Assembly (NCBI RefSeq): GCF_004010195.1
Contig: NC_057719.1
Location: 40,872,969-40,936,968, forward strand
DNA length: 64,000 bases
DNA from: Chiloscyllium plagiosum
Taxonomy: Eukaryota
Reading direction: 5' to 3'
Below are positions 37,601 through 50,861 of this stretch, piece by piece. The notes under the pieces were generated by a model. That model was not told where the DNA came from. It saw nothing but the letters and a program-made list of their open reading frames with translations, and did not search any database. The stretch's first letter is position 1, and the number at the start of each line of letters is the position of its first letter. The translations under genes were made by a program, and so were the position numbers.

Positions 37601-38179
37601 GCTGAGGGCAGGTAGTCATGAAAGCATGGATTGTTTGAGACACTTGTGTGATACTGATGTTCTTATCTGTCCTTTGTTTATGTATGAATTGTAGGTTCTT
37701 AAGAATGTATTCCATGTTTGTTTTCTCTGTGGGAAAGGGTGGTAGAAAAAAATGATTGCTTACATCTTTATTAATTATCATAGATGTTGGTATATGAATG
37801 CACCTTTGATACCTTCAAGACTTGCAGTTGACTTACATGCCAAGTATAAAAAAATGTGGGTTGTTGCTATTTTTGTTGTCTGACACATAGAATCTGCTCC
37901 ATGTGGACAGGTTTTAATTTCCAGCACATCTTCTCTACATCACCTCTGTTGGTTGCTTGATTTCTTGCACCCAGCTATAAGGCAAGTATAACATGCATTA
38001 TTTGGGTGAAAAGCTGAGGCTTTATAGCTTAACATGTCATCGCTGAGAGAAAGGTTGCAAACTTATACATTGAATAAATGTAAAATCATGATTTTTGTGC
38101 TGAAAATATACGTTTTTTTTTCTTCTGTTGTTTTTGAATATTAACTGTACTGGTGCTTACATAGAGTCACCACATGGAA

Positions 38180-38631
38180 AGACCGTAACAGATATAGGAG
38201 CAATTAGGCCATTTGACTCTTCCAATCTGCTCGGCCATCATGGCTGATATGTTTCTCAGCACAAATTCGCCTACCTTCTCCCTAGTAGCCTTTGATGCCC
38301 TTACTAATCAAGAACCAATCTATCTATGTGTTAAATACACTCAATGACTTGGCCTCCACAGCCCTCTGTGGCAATGAGTTTCACAAATAAACTACCCTCT
38401 GGCTGAAGAAATTTCCCCTCATCTTGAGGGTCCCCCTCCATTCTGAGGCTGTCCCCTTGGGTCCTAATCTCTCCTACTAATGGAGCTCTCCATTGAGGCC
38501 TCTCGGTATTCTGCAAGTTTCAATGATATTCCCTCTCATCCCTCTAAACTCCCATCGAGTACAGAGCCAGAGTCCTCAACACTCCTCATATGACAAGCCC
38601 TTCATCGCCGTGATCATTCTTGCAAACTCCT
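38180..38631 (-). mobile_element. CR1-type LINE 3' end running into the assembly gap
   Basis: Same family as 4390-4742. Confidence 0.8.
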
Positions 38632-39131
38632 NNNNNNNNNNNNNNNNNNNNNNNNNNNNNNNNNNNNNNNNNNNNNNNNNNNNNNNNNNNNNNNNNNNNN
38701 NNNNNNNNNNNNNNNNNNNNNNNNNNNNNNNNNNNNNNNNNNNNNNNNNNNNNNNNNNNNNNNNNNNNNNNNNNNNNNNNNNNNNNNNNNNNNNNNNNNN
38801 NNNNNNNNNNNNNNNNNNNNNNNNNNNNNNNNNNNNNNNNNNNNNNNNNNNNNNNNNNNNNNNNNNNNNNNNNNNNNNNNNNNNNNNNNNNNNNNNNNNN
38901 NNNNNNNNNNNNNNNNNNNNNNNNNNNNNNNNNNNNNNNNNNNNNNNNNNNNNNNNNNNNNNNNNNNNNNNNNNNNNNNNNNNNNNNNNNNNNNNNNNNN
39001 NNNNNNNNNNNNNNNNNNNNNNNNNNNNNNNNNNNNNNNNNNNNNNNNNNNNNNNNNNNNNNNNNNNNNNNNNNNNNNNNNNNNNNNNNNNNNNNNNNNN
39101 NNNNNNNNNNNNNNNNNNNNNNNNNNNNNNN
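38632..39131. other. Assembly gap of 500 N
   Basis: Run of N; the round size suggests a placeholder length. Confidence 1.
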
Positions 39132-39409
39132 GTTAAATTTTAAAAAAAATATTAGGCTATGCAAGATTGATGTGAATTACTGCAGTTTAGGTTAGGTATG
39201 AGATACACTCACTCAAAGGAGTTTCCAATATGTTCTGCCTTCATCTGGTTTAACTTCAAGGTATTAAACCTGGCTTCGGACAATCACAGTTACATCACTG
39301 TATTGTGCCAGTATTTGGAAAATGGTCTTTGCTTTTCTATTCCCTTATGATGAAACTGCAAGATACATTACAATTGACAGAATTTAGTCCATCAAGTGAC
39401 TGTTCAATT

Positions 39410-39915
39410 ACAAAATCAGAAATTGCTGGTTAAACTCAGGAGGTCAGGCTGCATCCATGGAGAGAAAGCTGAGTTGACATTTTGGGTCTAGTGACCCTTC
39501 TTCAGAACTGATTGTGGCTTGGTTAGTATATATGCTAAAGCAGGGATAGGGAAATGAGAAAGGAGTAAATACTAGATAGAGATGGAGCCCAGAGAGAGAG
39601 AGAAAACAGTTGGGCAGACAAAGGAGTGGGTAAAGGTCATCCTGGGAAAATGAATAGCTAATGGAGATCATTTGTGGCTGATGAGGGATTGTTTGTGGTT
39701 GCAGCCCATGTGATGACAGAGCCTGATTTGTGGGGGTTTGGGTAAGGACATAGGGCCTGAGCACTTCCTAAAATTGTTGAGTGTGATTTTGAGTCCTGAT
39801 GGTACAGGGTTTCCAAGTCGAAAATGAGATATTGTTCTTCCAGTTTGCATTGAGCTTCGATCGAGAACTTTAGATAAGTAAGGAAGCTCGAGACTGAGAT
39901 GTTGGCCAACAATCA
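39410..39915 (-). mobile_element. Penelope-like 3' end, family B: endonuclease C-terminus plus decayed hammerhead
   Basis: Peptide KLEEQYLIFDL. Minus strand reads AGTT-CTGAAGA-A-GGGTC-acta-GACCC-AAAATGTC-AACT, with stem I intact and the core CpG-decayed. Confidence 0.8.
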
Positions 39916-40585
39916 AGACTAACTGAAAGGGTTGTAATTGGCTGGTTTAGATTTGTTCTGCTTTTTCTATCAGGACATATTTGGGCAATTTTCCACTTTT
40001 CCAGTTAGATGCCAGTGTTGTAGCTATACTGGAAGAGCTTAGCCAAGATAAAACTTATTTCAGAGCACAAGTCTTCAGTAGCATTGCTGATATGTTATCA
40101 GGGCTTTTCCAGTGCCTCCAACCATTTTTTGATATCATGTTGAGTGGAATCTGTGATGTGAGGGACCTCAGAGTGGGGCTATTATGATCAATTAACTGGT
40201 CATTCTTACCATTACCCTCATTATTGTCACTTAACAGTTCCTGTGCTTTGTACATATTGCCACAGACAATGAACTTCTCGGTACGAGATTCAATGATCAG
40301 TTTGAGTATTACATTATGCACGTGAATGAGGTTTTGCAATCCAACCCTGTTAATTGTGTAAACTGAAAAAGTCAAAAGCAATCCTGTTCGCTTTTTGGAA
40401 TTAGAGTTAACAGCAGCCGCAGCAGCAGTGATACCATTGATAAGTGATTCCTACCTCTGTGTTTATGATCTGTGTAAGTGTTCATAATTGCAAGCACAAT
40501 TGCATTTATTACTAATATTGCTTCTTTTAATGGTAGACTACTGATACAAGTATCTCCACAACATTGCACAGAATCACAGAATCAT

Positions 40586-40712
40586 TATCCTGATGGAGGG
40601 TTTTTGCCTGAAACTTCGATTTTCCTGCTCCTCGGATGCTGCCTGACCTGCTGTGCTTGTCCAGCACCACACACTCGACTCTAATCTCCAGCATCTGCAG
40701 TCCTCACTTTCA
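40586..40712 (+). mobile_element. Penelope-like terminus, family A, with decayed hammerhead
   Basis: CCTGATGGAGGGTTTTTGCCTGAAACTTCGAT...CTCACTTTC. Confidence 0.8.
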
Positions 40713-41329
40713 CCCACTTTTGAAAAACAGACATTTTGGAGATAATTATTTTGAGGCAACTCAAATGGTGCATTTAGCATATGGTATTTCACTCTTCATA
40801 TGTTGTCGCTTAGCAATCACTGTGACTGTCTCCCCTTCATTGCCCATATCCCCACCCTGTGATGTTCGAACTACGTCACTGCATAATAACTGTGAAGTGA
40901 GTGTGCCTAGATTGCTGAATGATTTATGCATGACTTATGATGTTTGGTGCTCTAGTGATTGCTATGCTAGAGGCACATTGTCTTTCTTCTCCACGTTCTG
41001 CAAAGAGAACAAGTAGTAATTTAGAAACTAAACGCACTTACCTATTGTGTGTCATATTTATTTTACATGATGTATAAAGAATATACTTGCTACACATGAA
41101 GTATTTGAAACCACCTGCCCATGTTTTTGGGAGTTGATGCCCCAGTGATGTGTGGCAAGTTAGTCCTTTATCTGAATTTCTTGCTTTATAACTTTGCTCT
41201 GATAGGAGAATAACATTAAACTGTTAGAATATTTGTAATTGTTGATTGGCCTGTAAAGAGAATAGTGAAAAAATGTCTTGTTCAATGCTGGTTTTGTGCA
41301 CTAAACTGATTATATTGCTTTCCTTTCAG

Positions 41330-41542
41330 GTGAAGGTAATGGTACGGATTTGTCCTTCTCAAGGAGCAAACGATACATCGGAGTCAATGTCTTTCCTGAA
41401 AGTAGACTCTCGCAAAAAACAAATAACCCTTTATGACCCCTCAGTGAGTGGTCATTCTGGTTCTGCCCACAGACGAGCCCCAGCTGTTGCTGCTCCAAAA
41501 ATGTTTGCATTTGATGCAGTTTTTACCCAAGATGCCTCACAA
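41330..41542 (+). CDS. KIF26A: KIF26A exon, start of motor domain (VKVMVRIC...[15 protein letters not shown])
   Basis: tttcag acceptor, CAA|gtgagt donor; 213 nt, phase 0 to 0. Confidence 0.96.
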
Positions 41543-41682
41543 GTGAGTAGGACAACAAAAGACATTGATTAAATTAATTATTATTTATTGGCTTGTATTA
41601 GTATCGTATTAATTTCTGCTTTTGTTTATGTGCCCACAGAAATTAGTTAATGTGTTTTCTTCATTTATCTTAATATTCCTAG

Positions 41683-41776
41683 GCTGAGGTCTGCTCAGGA
41701 ACAGTGGCAGAAGTAATTCAGTCTGTTGTGAATGGTGCCGATGGCTGCATATTTTGCTTCGGTCATGTCAAGCTTG
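41683..41776 (+). CDS. KIF26A: KIF26A exon ([32 protein letters not shown]), first half of the P-loop
   Basis: ttcctag acceptor, G|gtaagc donor; 94 nt, phase 0 to 1. Not in the supplied ORF track; translated by hand. Confidence 0.96.
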
Positions 41777-42041
41777 GTAAGCTCCCAAATTTGTTACTGT
41801 TAATTACAATGCCAGACTGGTAATTACATGCTGTCAGAGTTTGCAACACTAAACCTGAAAGCATGTGACTATTTTCTTTTCAATTACTTTGTAGACTTAT
41901 TAAGTTCTGCTTCTAAATTAATTTTTGAAATGTTCAGAAGACCGTGAGAGGATTTAAAATTTAATAATCAAAATAGATTTTCCATTTTTCCATAGATTTG
42001 CATTCAAGTAAATATATCATAAAGTTTACTTTTCAGCTGTT

Positions 42042-42963
42042 CACTATGGCTCAGTGGTTATCACTGCCGCCTCTCAGTGTCAGGGACCCAGGAGGTCATG
42101 TTGCGGCTGTACAGGCCACTTTTAGAATATTGCATGTACATCTGGTCACCTTCCTATTGGAAGGATATGATGAAACTTGAAAGGGTTCAGAAAAGATTTA
42201 CAAGGGTGCAGAGTTGGAGTATTTGAGCTATAGGAAGAGGTTGAATAGGCTGGGGCTGTTTTCCTTGGAACGTTGGAGGCTAAGGGGTGACCTTATAGAG
42301 GTTTGTAAAATCATGAGGGGCATGGATAAGATAAATAGACAAAGTCGCTTCCCTGGTGTGGGGGAGTCCAGAACTAGAGGGCATAGATTTAGGGTGAGAG
42401 GGGAAAGATATAAAAGAGACCTAAGGGGCAACTTTTTCAGGCAGAGGGTGGTATGTGTATAGAATGAGCTGCCAGAGGAAGTGGTGGAGCAGAGTACGAT
42501 TGCAACATTTAAAAGGCATTTGGATGGGTATATGAATGGGAAAGGTTTGGAGGGATATGGGCCGGGGGCTGGCAAGTGGGACTAGATTGGGTTGGGATAT
42601 CTGTCGGCATGGACGGGTTGGACCGAAGGTTCAGTTTCCGTGCTGTACACCTCTATGACTCTACCATTGATTCTTGGCTTGGGCGAACATCTGTATGGAG
42701 TTTGCACATTCTTCCCCTATCTGCATGGGTTTCCTCTGGGTGCTCCAGTTTCCTCTCACTGTCCAAAGATGTGCAGATTAGGTGGATTGACCGAGGTAAA
42801 TTGCCCACTGGTGTACAGGGATGTGTAGATTAAGTGGATTAGCCATGGGAAATACAGGTTACAGGGATAGAGTAGGGTCTGGGTCTGGGTGCAATGTTCC
42901 TTGGAGGGTTGATGCAGATTCAATGGGCTGAATGGCCTCTTTCCTCACTGTAAAAATTCTACG
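42042..42963 (+). mobile_element. HE1/V-SINE-type SINE split by a CR1 3' fragment (42091-42663)
   Basis: The SINE head ends at GGGACCCA (42090), the CR1 fragment follows (RLRGDLIEVCKIMRG, tail CTCTATGACTCTA), and the SINE resumes at about 42666. Confidence 0.88.
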
Positions 42964-42974
42964 AATACTTCCAT

Positions 42975-43110
42975 ACAAAAAACAAAGAACCATAGATGTC
43001 GGAAATCTGAATTAAAAACAGAAAAAGCTGGAGAAACTCAGCAGGTTTGGCAGCATCTGTGGAGAGAAAACAAAGTTAACATTTCAGTTCTAGTGAATCT
43101 TCTTTGGAAT
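42975..43110 (-). mobile_element. Old Penelope-like terminus, family B-like
   Basis: GCTGGAGAAACTCAGCAGGTTTGGCAGCATCTGTGGAGAGAAA...GTTAACATTTCAG. Confidence 0.7.
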
Positions 43111-43149
43111 ATATTATTTCCTTGTCGTGTTTACCAACTATAGACATAT

Positions 43150-45300
43150 TTCCCTTCCAATCTCACTTCTTTCATATTCAGCCCTGGAGGGGGGAAAAAA
43201 CTCTTGCCCCAAGTCACTTATAGCAACACTTTCAAACATAACCTTTAGCGTCCTTTCTTCACAATATTCTGCAGCAATCAATTTGTTCAGCCACACTTTC
43301 ATCTCCACACTTGATATCTTCTTCCTTAGTGAACTCTTTATTATCATTATCTTCCTGTTTGTTAGTCCTTCTGTGGACCTGATTACTCCCTGAAATCCAA
43401 AAGACACAGTCCTGAGCACAGGTTTATTCATCTATCGCCATAACTTCACAGGACATATCAAATGTTTCCGGGTCTCAAAATTCCTTGCTAAAATGACTCA
43501 CTGCTGCAAGCTCATCCTAGAAAGCAAAGGAACTCCATCGTTTCTCTTTCCAGAGTGAATTGCACCTTACACACTTCACCCTATTTCCTCCATCTTCCAA
43601 TGAATCCAAGGACTTCTTTGTCACCAAGATTTGTTCACTGGGTTTTCTTGCCTTTCCTTGACTATTATGACAGATGTTCCCTAGGCAGCCCATGTCATTG
43701 ACTTGAACTCTCACCTTTCTCCAATGTCTCTCTAATCTCTTGTTACACTGCTTTCAAACCACAAAACTATACAAGGTGCCGGCATCTTGTATCCTCAGTC
43801 TGTTTCCACTAAACTCTTGACCGCTCAGGCTTGCTTCTTGAATGCTGACATTGGGAGTGGTTTATTCTCTTTCGGTGCCGTCATCACCTCTTCTCAAAAA
43901 ATGTCACCCTTACTCTCTCTACAGCATATTACCAATTACCCTGTCCTCATCAAGGATCTTGTGTCCTTCCAAACATCTGATTAACTTTCTCAGACTCTGT
44001 GCTAAAATTTCTTCAATTAGGTTTTTGTTTTCGCCACAGCACTGAACTGGCCCTATTTAAGTCACAAATGGCGATCTCTATGACTCTGAATGTAACACAT
44101 TGACCCTTCCACTGCTCTTTGCTGTCCCCGCAGACTTGGAGCGAACTGACCACATGGCCCTCTAACATTGCTGGTACTTATTTGTCTAGTTGAATCCACT
44201 TTTTATTTATAGAAACAGCAATAGTTTCTCTTTCCTCTCCTACACCATTACCCCTGCCCACTCCATTAGCTTCTTCCTCTGCTTTCCTCATGTGCTGCCC
44301 CTCAGTATCCTTCACACATATCTTTTGACTACATTAAAAATACAAGTTCAAGTTCTTACTTACTAGAATTGCAAATTAAACAGAAATAAATAATTCAAGA
44401 TGAATAAATGCTTAAATTTGTGACTTCAACTTCAAAGTATTAAACATAAAAATTATTTTAATCATATTAAAATCCCAATTCTAACCCTGACCACCAGTGG
44501 GATTGTGTTCTAGGTTTATGAGATTGATACTTGAAGTGAGAAGGTTGTCTCATCAGGAAGATTGGGCAGACTGGGCTTGTGAGGGGTAATTTTATTGAAG
44601 TCAGTAAGATCCTCAACACCCTTGGTAAGGTGAACATGGAAATAATGTTTCCGCTTGTCAGTGAGTCCTGAGCTCCAGGGCACTGTTTACATGTTAGGGA
44701 TTGCTCTTGGACAGTGAGAGCCTTTTTCCTCGGATGGCGATGGCTAGCATGAGGGGACATAGCTTTAAATTGAGGGGTTTTAGAAACTGTGTTCTTTGTT
44801 TTCATTGAACTCAGATTTTCTTGCCACTGCCCTCTAGGCACAGCCCCTAACTGCTCTAACCCACTTGCTGCACACTATTTATGGCAGGGAGGTTTGGTAT
44901 GACAAACTAGTTTTGTTATCTGCTCTTTCTGCAGCCTTTGGGGACCAGTATGAGGGGGAATGATCTTAAACTATGAAATAGAGACTGAAATTCCTAATGC
45001 TGCATTTGGGAAAGAGTCAATGTCTCAACCCTAGTGGGCCTCTCAACCTCTTCACCACACTATTAGCATCGAAACTTAGTCTTTGTGGTCCTAAACTCTA
45101 CAATTAATTCCCTCCATTTATTTGATTCTGCTTTACTCTCTTCTTCTAAGACCCTCTTTAAATCCTGCTTCTTTGATTTTACTCTTGTTTCCTCATGTCT
45201 GCTTTGGCTTGGTGTCATTTTTGGTATTTTAGTGCTTCTGTGAAATTCCTTTGGCTATTTTCCTCTGGTATAGTCACTTTTTAATGCAATTTATTGTGCT
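43150..45300 (+). mobile_element. Highly decayed L2-type LINE with an embedded CR1 fragment (about 44500-44780)
   Basis: Pyrimidine-rich strand bias, CACAGCACTGAA (HSTE-like) codons near 44035 and an L2-like tail near 45150-45300. Confidence 0.5.
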
Positions 45301-47295
45301 CGAGACTTAGTTTTTTGAAGACAAATCTAAATGTTATATGAATTCCTCAGATCCTTTCTACCAATTAGTGGTCCTGTTTTTGTTCCTGCCTCATACTTCT
45401 GAACATTTATCAATGTCTGACAGTGGAAATTGAACACGTACATGTAAAACATCATATTAATGTTATTGAGACCACAATCTGAGAAGAGTTGAAAGATTAT
45501 TCTGCAAATAGGTCCATTTAACAACTTTGATACAAAAACCAGGTTGCAAGAGTTCAGATCATAGCACTAGTCTTTGCCATGTTTACAAAGCAGTCAAAAA
45601 CAACTGGTGACCAGGGGTTCATATGGGCGATGAAGGTCTTGTCTACTGGTACAAGTTCCGCACCACTTTTCTCCAGGAAACATGTAATTATTTAATTTAA
45701 ATTAGGCTCCGACCCAGTGAGAACAAGCCTCCCACCTGATTAATAACTCAGTATGATGGAAATCTTGCAACGTAGAACTGCTGGCCAATCAGAGGGGCCT
45801 GCAGGAGGGATTGCCCCTGAATCCCTAAATACAAGTGAGTGTGAGAGGATTGGGATCACGGCTGGGGTGTAGCAGTGGTTGATAGGTGAGGGCAGGATGT
45901 TCAGACAAAGGCCAGGGGGCTGCCATCTTGCAGGGACTCCCGCTTCCTGATGCTGGTTCCCTTAATCGGATTCAATTTGTCAGTGACTGAGGGACACCCT
46001 TCACTGCTCACTCCCAATCCCAGACCAGGGTTACTGAGTGCTTTTTATGGCTGAAGAGTCCTCTGGACACTGCTCCTTGTGTATTATTTCAGGGCATTAA
46101 TTCACTTCCAGCAGGTAGGATGCTGACAAGCCTACCTGTCCTGGGCTTGAGGTGTAAAAGCAGCAAGATCTTTACCCTGTAACTTAATGTCTTCCCTCTG
46201 CCCCTTCTATCTGAACCTTTCTCTGAGTTGGAGGGGGAGGTGAGGTTGAGTAGGTATGGTTTTAAATTTCACCCGGTATCTTTTATACTGACTCATTTAA
46301 AAAAAACTTTACCATGCGGATTGATAAGATTAGCTGTAAGATATTCTAATTTAAGTATCAATTGACCAGTGATGTGTTCCCTTTTATAGTATCAGTTGAG
46401 CTTTTTTGCTGATACCTAAATTCAAAGTGGCTCTCTCTGTGTTTTGACGAGGATCACATTAGCCTCCATTACTAAGTAACTTATTTATATAGCTAGAGAT
46501 GACACTTGAGAAAACAGAAGAGCATAAGATATATCATCTTGTGTACAATCACATTCACACATTAACATACAGGAATTAAGAATGATCTGTTTGACCTCTA
46601 CAAAATTTGCTAAATAGCAAAATATTCAGACACATAATACTACCATATGTAAATGAGTGGGCAAACAGTGAGGTACTGCTCTTGTCCATGTGTGTCTATC
46701 ATAGAGAGTTATCACCAACAGCCAAGACACTGGGGAAGGTTCTCACTAACTATGTCATTTAGAAATCTAATGGTACCTCTCCAGAAATCATAGAAAGTAG
46801 TGAATCATCTCTTTTCTTCACCCAGTTTCGCTGCCACTGTTTACATAAATCCTTTTAAGATGCATTTGTGGTCCATTTGACATAGATAGTTTTGGGAGAT
46901 TGCAGGAAGGAGATTGTGTTGTGCAGACCTGGGTTTGCAATATAGTCAATGAGGGTGATACGTTAGAGCTTTAAATGTATCATTGTGGGAGCACGAGGAA
47001 CTGAGATGCTTCTTCAGAGTGCAGATGGCATATGTTAGCAACTACTACTCTAGAGTCCTTTACCACCAACCCACACTGGATTCTCTGGATCTACCATGCT
47101 GCTGGTCAGCTGCTTTGAATTCTAGGATGTGCATTGTTGTGCTTAGAAGGTGGGATGCTAGAGTATCTTTGGTGATTACGGTCCTGTGGCGGTTGTAAAC
47201 CCAGACCACAAAATGTTGCATATCCAATCTATATTTATCTAACCCACTAAAGAAACTAAAACAGCCTAACATTCAAACTTAAATCTTAATTCCAG

Positions 47296-47558
47296 GAAAA
47301 ACATATACTATGATTGGAAAAGACAATTCAATGCAAAATCTTGGCGTGATTCCCTGTGCAATATCCTGGCTTTTTAAACTAATAAATGAACGCAAGGAGA
47401 AAACCGGCACTCGATTCTCGGTCAGGGTATCCGCTGTGGAGATCTGGGGCAAGGATGAAAATCTTCGGGATTTGTTATCTGAAGTGGCCACTGGCAGCCT
47501 CCAGGATGGTCAGTCTCCTGGCGTCTATCTCAGGGAAGATCCGATCTGCGGAACTCAG
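47296..47558 (+). CDS. KIF26A: KIF26A exon (KTYTMIGKD...[11 protein letters not shown])
   Basis: ttccag acceptor, CAG|gtattt donor; 263 nt, phase 1 to 0. Confidence 0.96.
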
Positions 47559-47824
47559 GTATTTTTATTATGCTATGTTGTTATATTGTTTTCAAGTAGA
47601 TTGATATGTGTTTCTCTACTCACTGCTTTTCCAGTTGTGCATTGAAGGTTGTTTGAAACATTCCAGCTGCATTTAAATGTCACTGCCACTCTTTTGGCAT
47701 TACTGCTTTTCCATCTTTGCTCCCTTGGTACACATATTTTGTTACTAATTGCCCCAGAGAGTTAATCTGTTGAGCAGAAATGCAATCCTCTTCCAATTAG
47801 CAATATATTTTTCTTCATATGCAG

Positions 47825-48008
47825 CTTCAGAATCAAAGTGAGCTGAGAGCCCCTACGGCAGAAAAAGCTGCCTATTTCCTTGATGCGGCAATAGCCTCCA
47901 GAAGGACCAGTCGGCCAGATTGTGATGAGGAGGAGAGAAGAAACTCCCATATGCTCTTTACCCTTCACATTTACCAGTACCGAATGGAGAAGAGTGGAAA
48001 AGGGGGAA
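47825..48008 (+). CDS. KIF26A: KIF26A exon ([16 protein letters not shown]...[24 protein letters not shown]), switch I region
   Basis: tgcag acceptor, A|gtatgt donor; 184 nt, phase 0 to 1. Confidence 0.96.
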
Positions 48009-48237
48009 GTATGTTCACTCTGATTTGGAAACTGTGTCTGTCCTGCTTGTATGCATCATTGATTTAAAAATGTACAATGAGTAACTGTGGTCACTATCTG
48101 ATTTCTCAGAAAACTTCACTATTTGCTTGTCATTTATATTTAATAGAGGTGCTGGGTTGTTGTGTTTATTCTGTCTGTTAGTTGAATAAATTCAGAATCT
48201 CTTAAATGGCTTTGTATATCTTACCATCCTTTTGCAG

Positions 48238-48397
48238 TGTCCGGGGGGCGTAGCCGTTTGCACTTGGTCGATCTGGGGAGCTGTGAAAAGGTTTTAAGCA
48301 AGAGCCGAGATGCTGGTGGTGGCCTCTGTCTATCACTTTCAGCTCTGGGCAATGTCATTCTGGCGTTAGTTAATGGCGCTAAGCATGTGCCGTACAA
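48238..48397 (+). CDS. KIF26A: KIF26A exon ([17 protein letters not shown]...[13 protein letters not shown]), switch II region
   Basis: ttttgcag acceptor, AA|gtaagt donor; 160 nt, phase 1 to 2. Translated by hand. Confidence 0.96.
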
Positions 48398-50490
48398 GTA
48401 AGTAATGCATATGATGAATTATATGAGAACACTTGAATAAGAATTTTGATGCAGGAATGAAGATGTAAGAGGTGACCGTGATGTAAAAATTATATGGATT
48501 TATAAAGTCAGAAATTGCCTTGCATTTTTGTATCTAAAGCCCCTTTCTCATCTTCTAAAAAAAGTTTAAGGCTTAAAATCTGATTTAACTTTGCCAGTCT
48601 TCTAACAAAATAGCCATGAGCTAACCCATGTCCCACCCTCACAGCCACATTTTCTGGATGACCTTGTTGGGGGTGGGGGTGTATCTTTACCAAACTTTTA
48701 CAAGGACTGCGTAGGGTGGGATAAAGGTCTTTCTGCAAGTGATACCAGCTGACCAGCTGGTGAGCATGACAGAGCATTAAAAATATATCATTTAAAAATA
48801 AGTTTTGGGGATCAAGGAACAGCAAAAATGACCCCTGCTCATTAGTTTCCGCCCACATATTCATAGCAGATTTCTTGGCATCTTCATTGCAAGCGGAGGT
48901 GTCCCAGATTGGACCTCATCCACTTTGTCATTCAAATTGTACAATCTTTCAATGACTCCCCAAACACTGACAGAGCCAGCGGTAGAAGTAAGGGAAAGGC
49001 ACCATTTATTTTTGCCTGTAACTGTTAAAGTTGTAAACTAGGCATAATTCAATACTATTCATTTGAAAAAGGTCTATATATTTAATGGCAAACTGTAAGA
49101 TGAGGAGAATTTGTATGTTTGCCAATTAGCTGTTTGTGCAACTCTTAATTGCCATGGAACACTGAAATTCTCGGGCAATTCTTGGACTGGGATTATTGAG
49201 TAGACAGGACACATTGGGCAGCATCTTGCTGGAAAATTATGGTATTTCAATGATAACATGCTATTATTATATAAATCTATTAGAGAATTCAGAATGAGAG
49301 TTTTAATGTGAGATGCTAGGTGATTTTTCACTCAGTTATTTGTTTTGCACAAACAGCATCTTAAACTTCCCATTATTCTAACAAACCTGAACATTTTTGC
49401 ATATGATTTGACTATTAGACATGGGCTCAGAGTTTATGATTAATACTAATTAACGACATGATCATTGTTAATGCAGTGCCAATCAAACTTGCTGGCCCAC
49501 AAAAACCACATTCTATCTTTCTAAATGTTTCCCCTACTTTTGTTTCTGTCTCTTTTTCAGATTCTTAATGCAACCTTTGATTCGCTGTCCATTTCTGTTG
49601 TTCCTTTGTTTCTTTCTCAGTCATTGAATCTCACTGTTTAAGGTGATGCACTATTACCCCTGCCAGTTGCTCTTGCTGTTCCATTGTTAGCACAGTCTGA
49701 CAGGTTATGGTACAAAAAGATTTTCAGCTGAACAATGCAGAAAAGTGCTGATGCTGCAAATGACCTGGGTCCAATAATGGTTAGCTGAATATTTGGCACA
49801 ATAATCTTTGATATAAGTGCAGAAATCTAATGATTGAAATTCTTTCTGCCATTAATTAAGATTGAAAAGCTAATATGCCCATGAATAAAAATGGCATGTG
49901 AACAAATGGCATTACTGTGCCTATCATTTTAATGTAAACTTTATTGAAGTGTTGCTGAAGAAAAGAGATTTTTTATACATTGATGCAAATCAGTTGAAAT
50001 TTTGCTTCATCTTTCCGAATTCAACACTAATCATGTCCAGGCAATGAACAATGCCATTACGTTTGTGGCAATAATAAAAAAAACTCTGTTTATCTTCTTA
50101 AGGAATGTCTTGTAACTATGCTAAACATGAATTTTGTAATTCTCCACAGTAAGTTACTGCGCTTACACTTATTTGAAGCTGCATGCTATCTTCCACAGAC
50201 AAAAACATATTATCCACATTTTCAAACAAATAACCTCAGCTGATGTTCTTACCTGAAGTGATTTTATCAGGAAACTGTCGTAAAGTCGAACAGAATGAAA
50301 TACTGCCAGTCTTGTTCTGTGCCTGAACTAAAGTACAACATTAAAATCCATTTAATTCCAATGAAATTTTGACGAGGAAAAAGAAAATAGTATGAAAATT
50401 CTGGACGTATGAAAATAGATGATTAACTTAAAGTACTTAATCCATCACTTTCTTTGCCTCTGAATGAATTTGTTTTGTTGTACAATATAG

Positions 50491-50653
50491 GGATAGCAAA
50501 CTTACTATGCTCTTGAGAGAATCGCTGGGGAATATAAACTGCAGAACAACCATGATCACCCATATTTCTGACTCTCCTGCCAACTATGCAGAAACCCTTA
50601 CAAGCATTCAGCTTGCGGCACGAATTCATCGTATGAGAAAGAAAAAGTCCAAG
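50491..50653 (+). CDS. KIF26A: KIF26A exon, end of motor domain ([29 protein letters not shown]...[11 protein letters not shown])
   Basis: tag acceptor, AAG|gtccgt donor; 163 nt, phase 2 to 0. Carries a kinesin SKLTxLLxESLG-type motif. Confidence 0.95.
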
Positions 50654-50861
50654 GTCCGTATCTGTTCCAAGTGGAATATCAAATGATGTTAGTTTCAAAT
50701 GTAGACCTCAAAAGCATTGATAACCCTGTCAATATAGATAACTTTCCACCTAGTTTTGTCAAGTTTAAAGAGTCAGATTTTAAAAAAAATCTACATTACC
50801 TTGTTTTAAAATATGTGGTTCCATGTTCCATTTGAAATAAACATTTTTCTATTTGAACTAG

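Noticed and set aside
38493..39195. ORFs of 191-216 aa
   Set aside because: Artefacts of translating through the 500-N gap.
50654..50861. Retention of the 208-nt intron with the weak gtccgt donor as a coding variant
   Set aside because: An in-frame TGA follows within about 10 codons and the length is not a multiple of 3; nothing suggests function.
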